The notes beneath the pieces are model-generated. The model was given only the letters and a program-made list of their open reading frames with translations, was not told the DNA's origin and searched no databases. From Gnetum montanum (taxonomy: Eukaryota; Plantae; Gnetophyta): a stretch of 64,000 bases of DNA. A program made the position numbers and the translations under genes. Positions within the stretch are counted from its first letter, which is position 1, and the number at the start of each line of letters is the position of its first letter. This document shows, one piece after another, positions 61,470 to 64,000 of this stretch. Location: assembly GCA_015680685.1 (NCBI GenBank), contig MNCI01003467.1, forward strand, positions 124,001 through 188,000, read 5' to 3'.

Positions 61470-64000
61470 TCTATGGAATCTTCCTAGATCAACACAGTGA
61501 CACTGCCGATCTCTAACAGTGGGGCTGAGACCTTGAACCCTATGACTACGACAGAACCCATAACTATTATTGAAAAGATAAACCCTCAAGGCCCAATTCA
61601 CCAGTTACTTAGGCTACAGGTCAAAGATCCTACTTACGCAATTCTCACACTAGAACAATATAGCTTCATTTGTGTGAAGATTCAAGCCAACCTACCTATC
61701 GATCGCATAGAAAGAGAAGCAAAGTGAAACTATGAGCTCATTTACAAAGGAGGTCATGAGTTCACTTCCTCAACATTTGATATAATACCCCTTTTCAAGC
61801 CACATCATTGACTCATATCTCTATTTATCATGGCAAGGAGTCAAGCCTTACAGCCACCTCCGATAGATCCTTAGAGTGGAGATGAGGAAAATGACTTTGC
61901 AGCCCAATCTGAGCATGGGGATTCATGCCATACCATCAATCCTCACACCCATACAAACCTATTATTCCAACCTTTCCTAGAAGAAACTATACTTCCTCCT
62001 TCATCCACATACACTTGAGCACCAGTTTCTCAACAAGAAGTACCTGCTTCCATTCCCACCTTCTCCATGCCCAACAATCAATCTGATACATCCATCTCTA
62101 TCATGCCCCCACAAGTACAGTCCTAACAATCCCCTCCTCAAAGTAATGTAGGATCAATCTTCCAACCTGAAGTAATTGGGATGCCATCAGTTATACCAGC
62201 TTCCACATCTACCCATTACATACCACAAGTACAAACCCACGGAGCACCTCTGATTACTTCAGCCCAACACGTTCAAGGGGTCACCTCTCAACCTGTGGTT
62301 TGGTAGTGGGTTTCACCGGCTATTCAACAATACCAACCTACTCACTACAGTGTACCACACCCTACAATCTCATCTTTGAATGTCACTCCACCACAACAAC
62401 TAACAATCCAATAGTCTCCCTTTCCACAAATAATGCAACAATCAAACTACTACCAATCGTAATCTACTCAACCAGTCGGTCTACCTACCATCCAAGAGTG
62501 GGCAGACACAAAGAAAATGATGCACTCATTAACTAATGAGGTAAATTACCTTAAAACTACAAACACTAAGGAAGTCAAGGTGTTGGGATTTGACCAAGAT
62601 GACCCAATCAATCCTTCAGTTCCACCGTTAACCTTACCAAAGGGAATCTCATTACCTCAACTAACCAAATATAATGGAGAGGGAGATCCAAATGCCCATT
62701 TGCTAACATTTCAACTAGAATTTCTATTGCTTCAGGCTTGGCCTCATGTAATTCTACATGTATTTGCTATGTCCTTAATAGGAAAAGCCTTAAACTAGTA
62801 TCGAGCTTTACCCTGTAACTTCATATCCTCTCTAGAGGATTTGTTACATTAGTTTGTTACCCGTTTCAAATATAATCTAAAGCCTCAAGCCACACTAGAT
62901 AGCCTGATTCAAATTAAATAAGTGTCATTAGAGCCAGTACAAAAATTTATCCAAAGGTGGAGTGTAGCCCTGAATAAACTTCACGAGCCCATCCTTGAAA
63001 CATACTTGCTCACCATCCTTAAAGCCACCATGAATGACTTTATTAAATCAAAACTTCATTATTTGAGTGCTTGTACTTTGAGTTAAGCATTCGCATAGAT
63101 TAAGAACATAGAAGAGGCAGTGCAAGCAATGACCCAACTTACTTAACCTTTAGAAGCCAACATACGAGGAAGGATAAGCATAAATCCAAAACAACGGTAG
63201 CAGTAATGGTGGAGACAGTCCAACCTAAAAATTCAGGATAGAAAGGAAAAAAACCCACATACATGGGTCACACTCATACATTTGAACGAAAATATCCCAC
63301 CCAATATACACCCTTGCCTATGAAGCCTTCACAATTGTTAGATCAACTTCTAAAGGCTGGGTTAATCAAACATAAACAAATGTCCCCTGCGGCATCCCAA
63401 AAACATGATCGATTCTATGAGTTGGCTAAGAACCTAACTTTAGCAACAGCTAATGAGCCCCCCATTCCAAGAGGCTTTAGGATGGATAGGTTTTGTGAAT
63501 ATCACCAATGGTGTGGGCACAGAAATGACTACTACTTCACATTAAAACAAAAAAGGATGAAATAGTATTTAATGATGTAAACCTAGTAAGGCCCCATTAC
63601 TAACCCATGGGGGTCTACAAGGATCCTCTCAATACTAATGATGCACCATATCTGATTAACACTATCCATGTGGATAATGGACAAGACGTCCCTTGAAAAC
63701 CTTTTGTGATTCGTAGGCCTTCTGAAACTACATCTACCCCAACACCTCCCCAAACCCCTTTTTTCATACACACATTCCCCACAACACAAAAACCATTCAT
63801 TGTTCACATACCCCCTTTTGTCATAGCAGCAACCATGCCATTAGGAACCCGACCCACTCCCTTTGTAATCTAAGTGCCAAAACACCCTGATGTGCAACCC
63901 CCTATAGTTCCCCCACAACCCTTACGAGAGCACCTTGCTGATAGGCTCACAAGAGAGCGCCTAGAAAAGGAACATCATGAGCACAAATTAGGACCACCAA
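61470..64000 (+). pseudogene. gag: gag of element F
   Basis: LPQLTKYNGEGDPNAHLLTF; CHHC knuckle relic RFCEYHQWCGHRNDY; N-terminal YSFICVKIQANLPID domain. Confidence 0.88.

Larger units (their letters stand above)
59363..64000 (+). mobile_element. Element F: 5' part of a Tat element (LTR, PBS, leader, gag) running off the window
   Basis: LTR start TGAAACACCACT, end ...GTCAGCACA at 61022, PBS, gag homologous to B, C and D. Confidence 0.85.

Noticed and set aside
287-63807. Short ORFs in the ORF track as functional host genes
   Set aside because: All are under 170 aa. They are retroelement fragments, their antisense shadows (e.g. 7885-8259, 11367-11864, 15855-16157) or chance ORFs in LTR/UTR sequence.

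Overview
This window is eukaryotic, vascular-plant-type heterochromatin made almost entirely of nested, decayed Ty3/Gypsy LTR retrotransposons. No intact host gene, RNA gene or CRISPR array is visible. Widespread CG/CHG C>T decay (CAG>TAG, TGG>TAG, CGA>TGA) has broken every ORF. The nest, left to right: (A) the 3' end of a Tat-lineage element (1-1368, +). (B) A Tat element (1369-29712, +) with gag-PR, RT-RH-aRH and a deleted integrase. (C) A two-LTR Tat element (3593-19864, -) inserted into B, with TSD TCTCC, a tRNA-Asn PBS and deleted RT. Then a truncated LTR (29713-30723, -); (D) an older Tat gag-PR relic (~30.7-40.9 kb); and an AT-rich ~2.1-2.2 kb tandem unit interrupted by (E) an Athila-type element (43039-55156, tRNA-Asp PBS, env-like ORF2). 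The right end holds an old Tat LTR end with PBS, a young CpG-rich Athila-related solo LTR (57866-58906, TSD ACAAC), and (F) the 5' part of another Tat element (59363 to the end). The main finding is that B and C (and more weakly D) carry a ~4-5 kb antisense, multi-exon spliced gene between protease and RT. Its intron positions and phases are conserved. It encodes an FCP1/NIF (HAD) pseudo-phosphatase-like domain, a plant-mobile-domain-like region, a coiled coil and an acidic tail. A second finding is a repeated RNA structure motif with covarying stems in the R/U5 region of the Athila-related LTRs. All domain assignments are by eye and need HMM confirmation.
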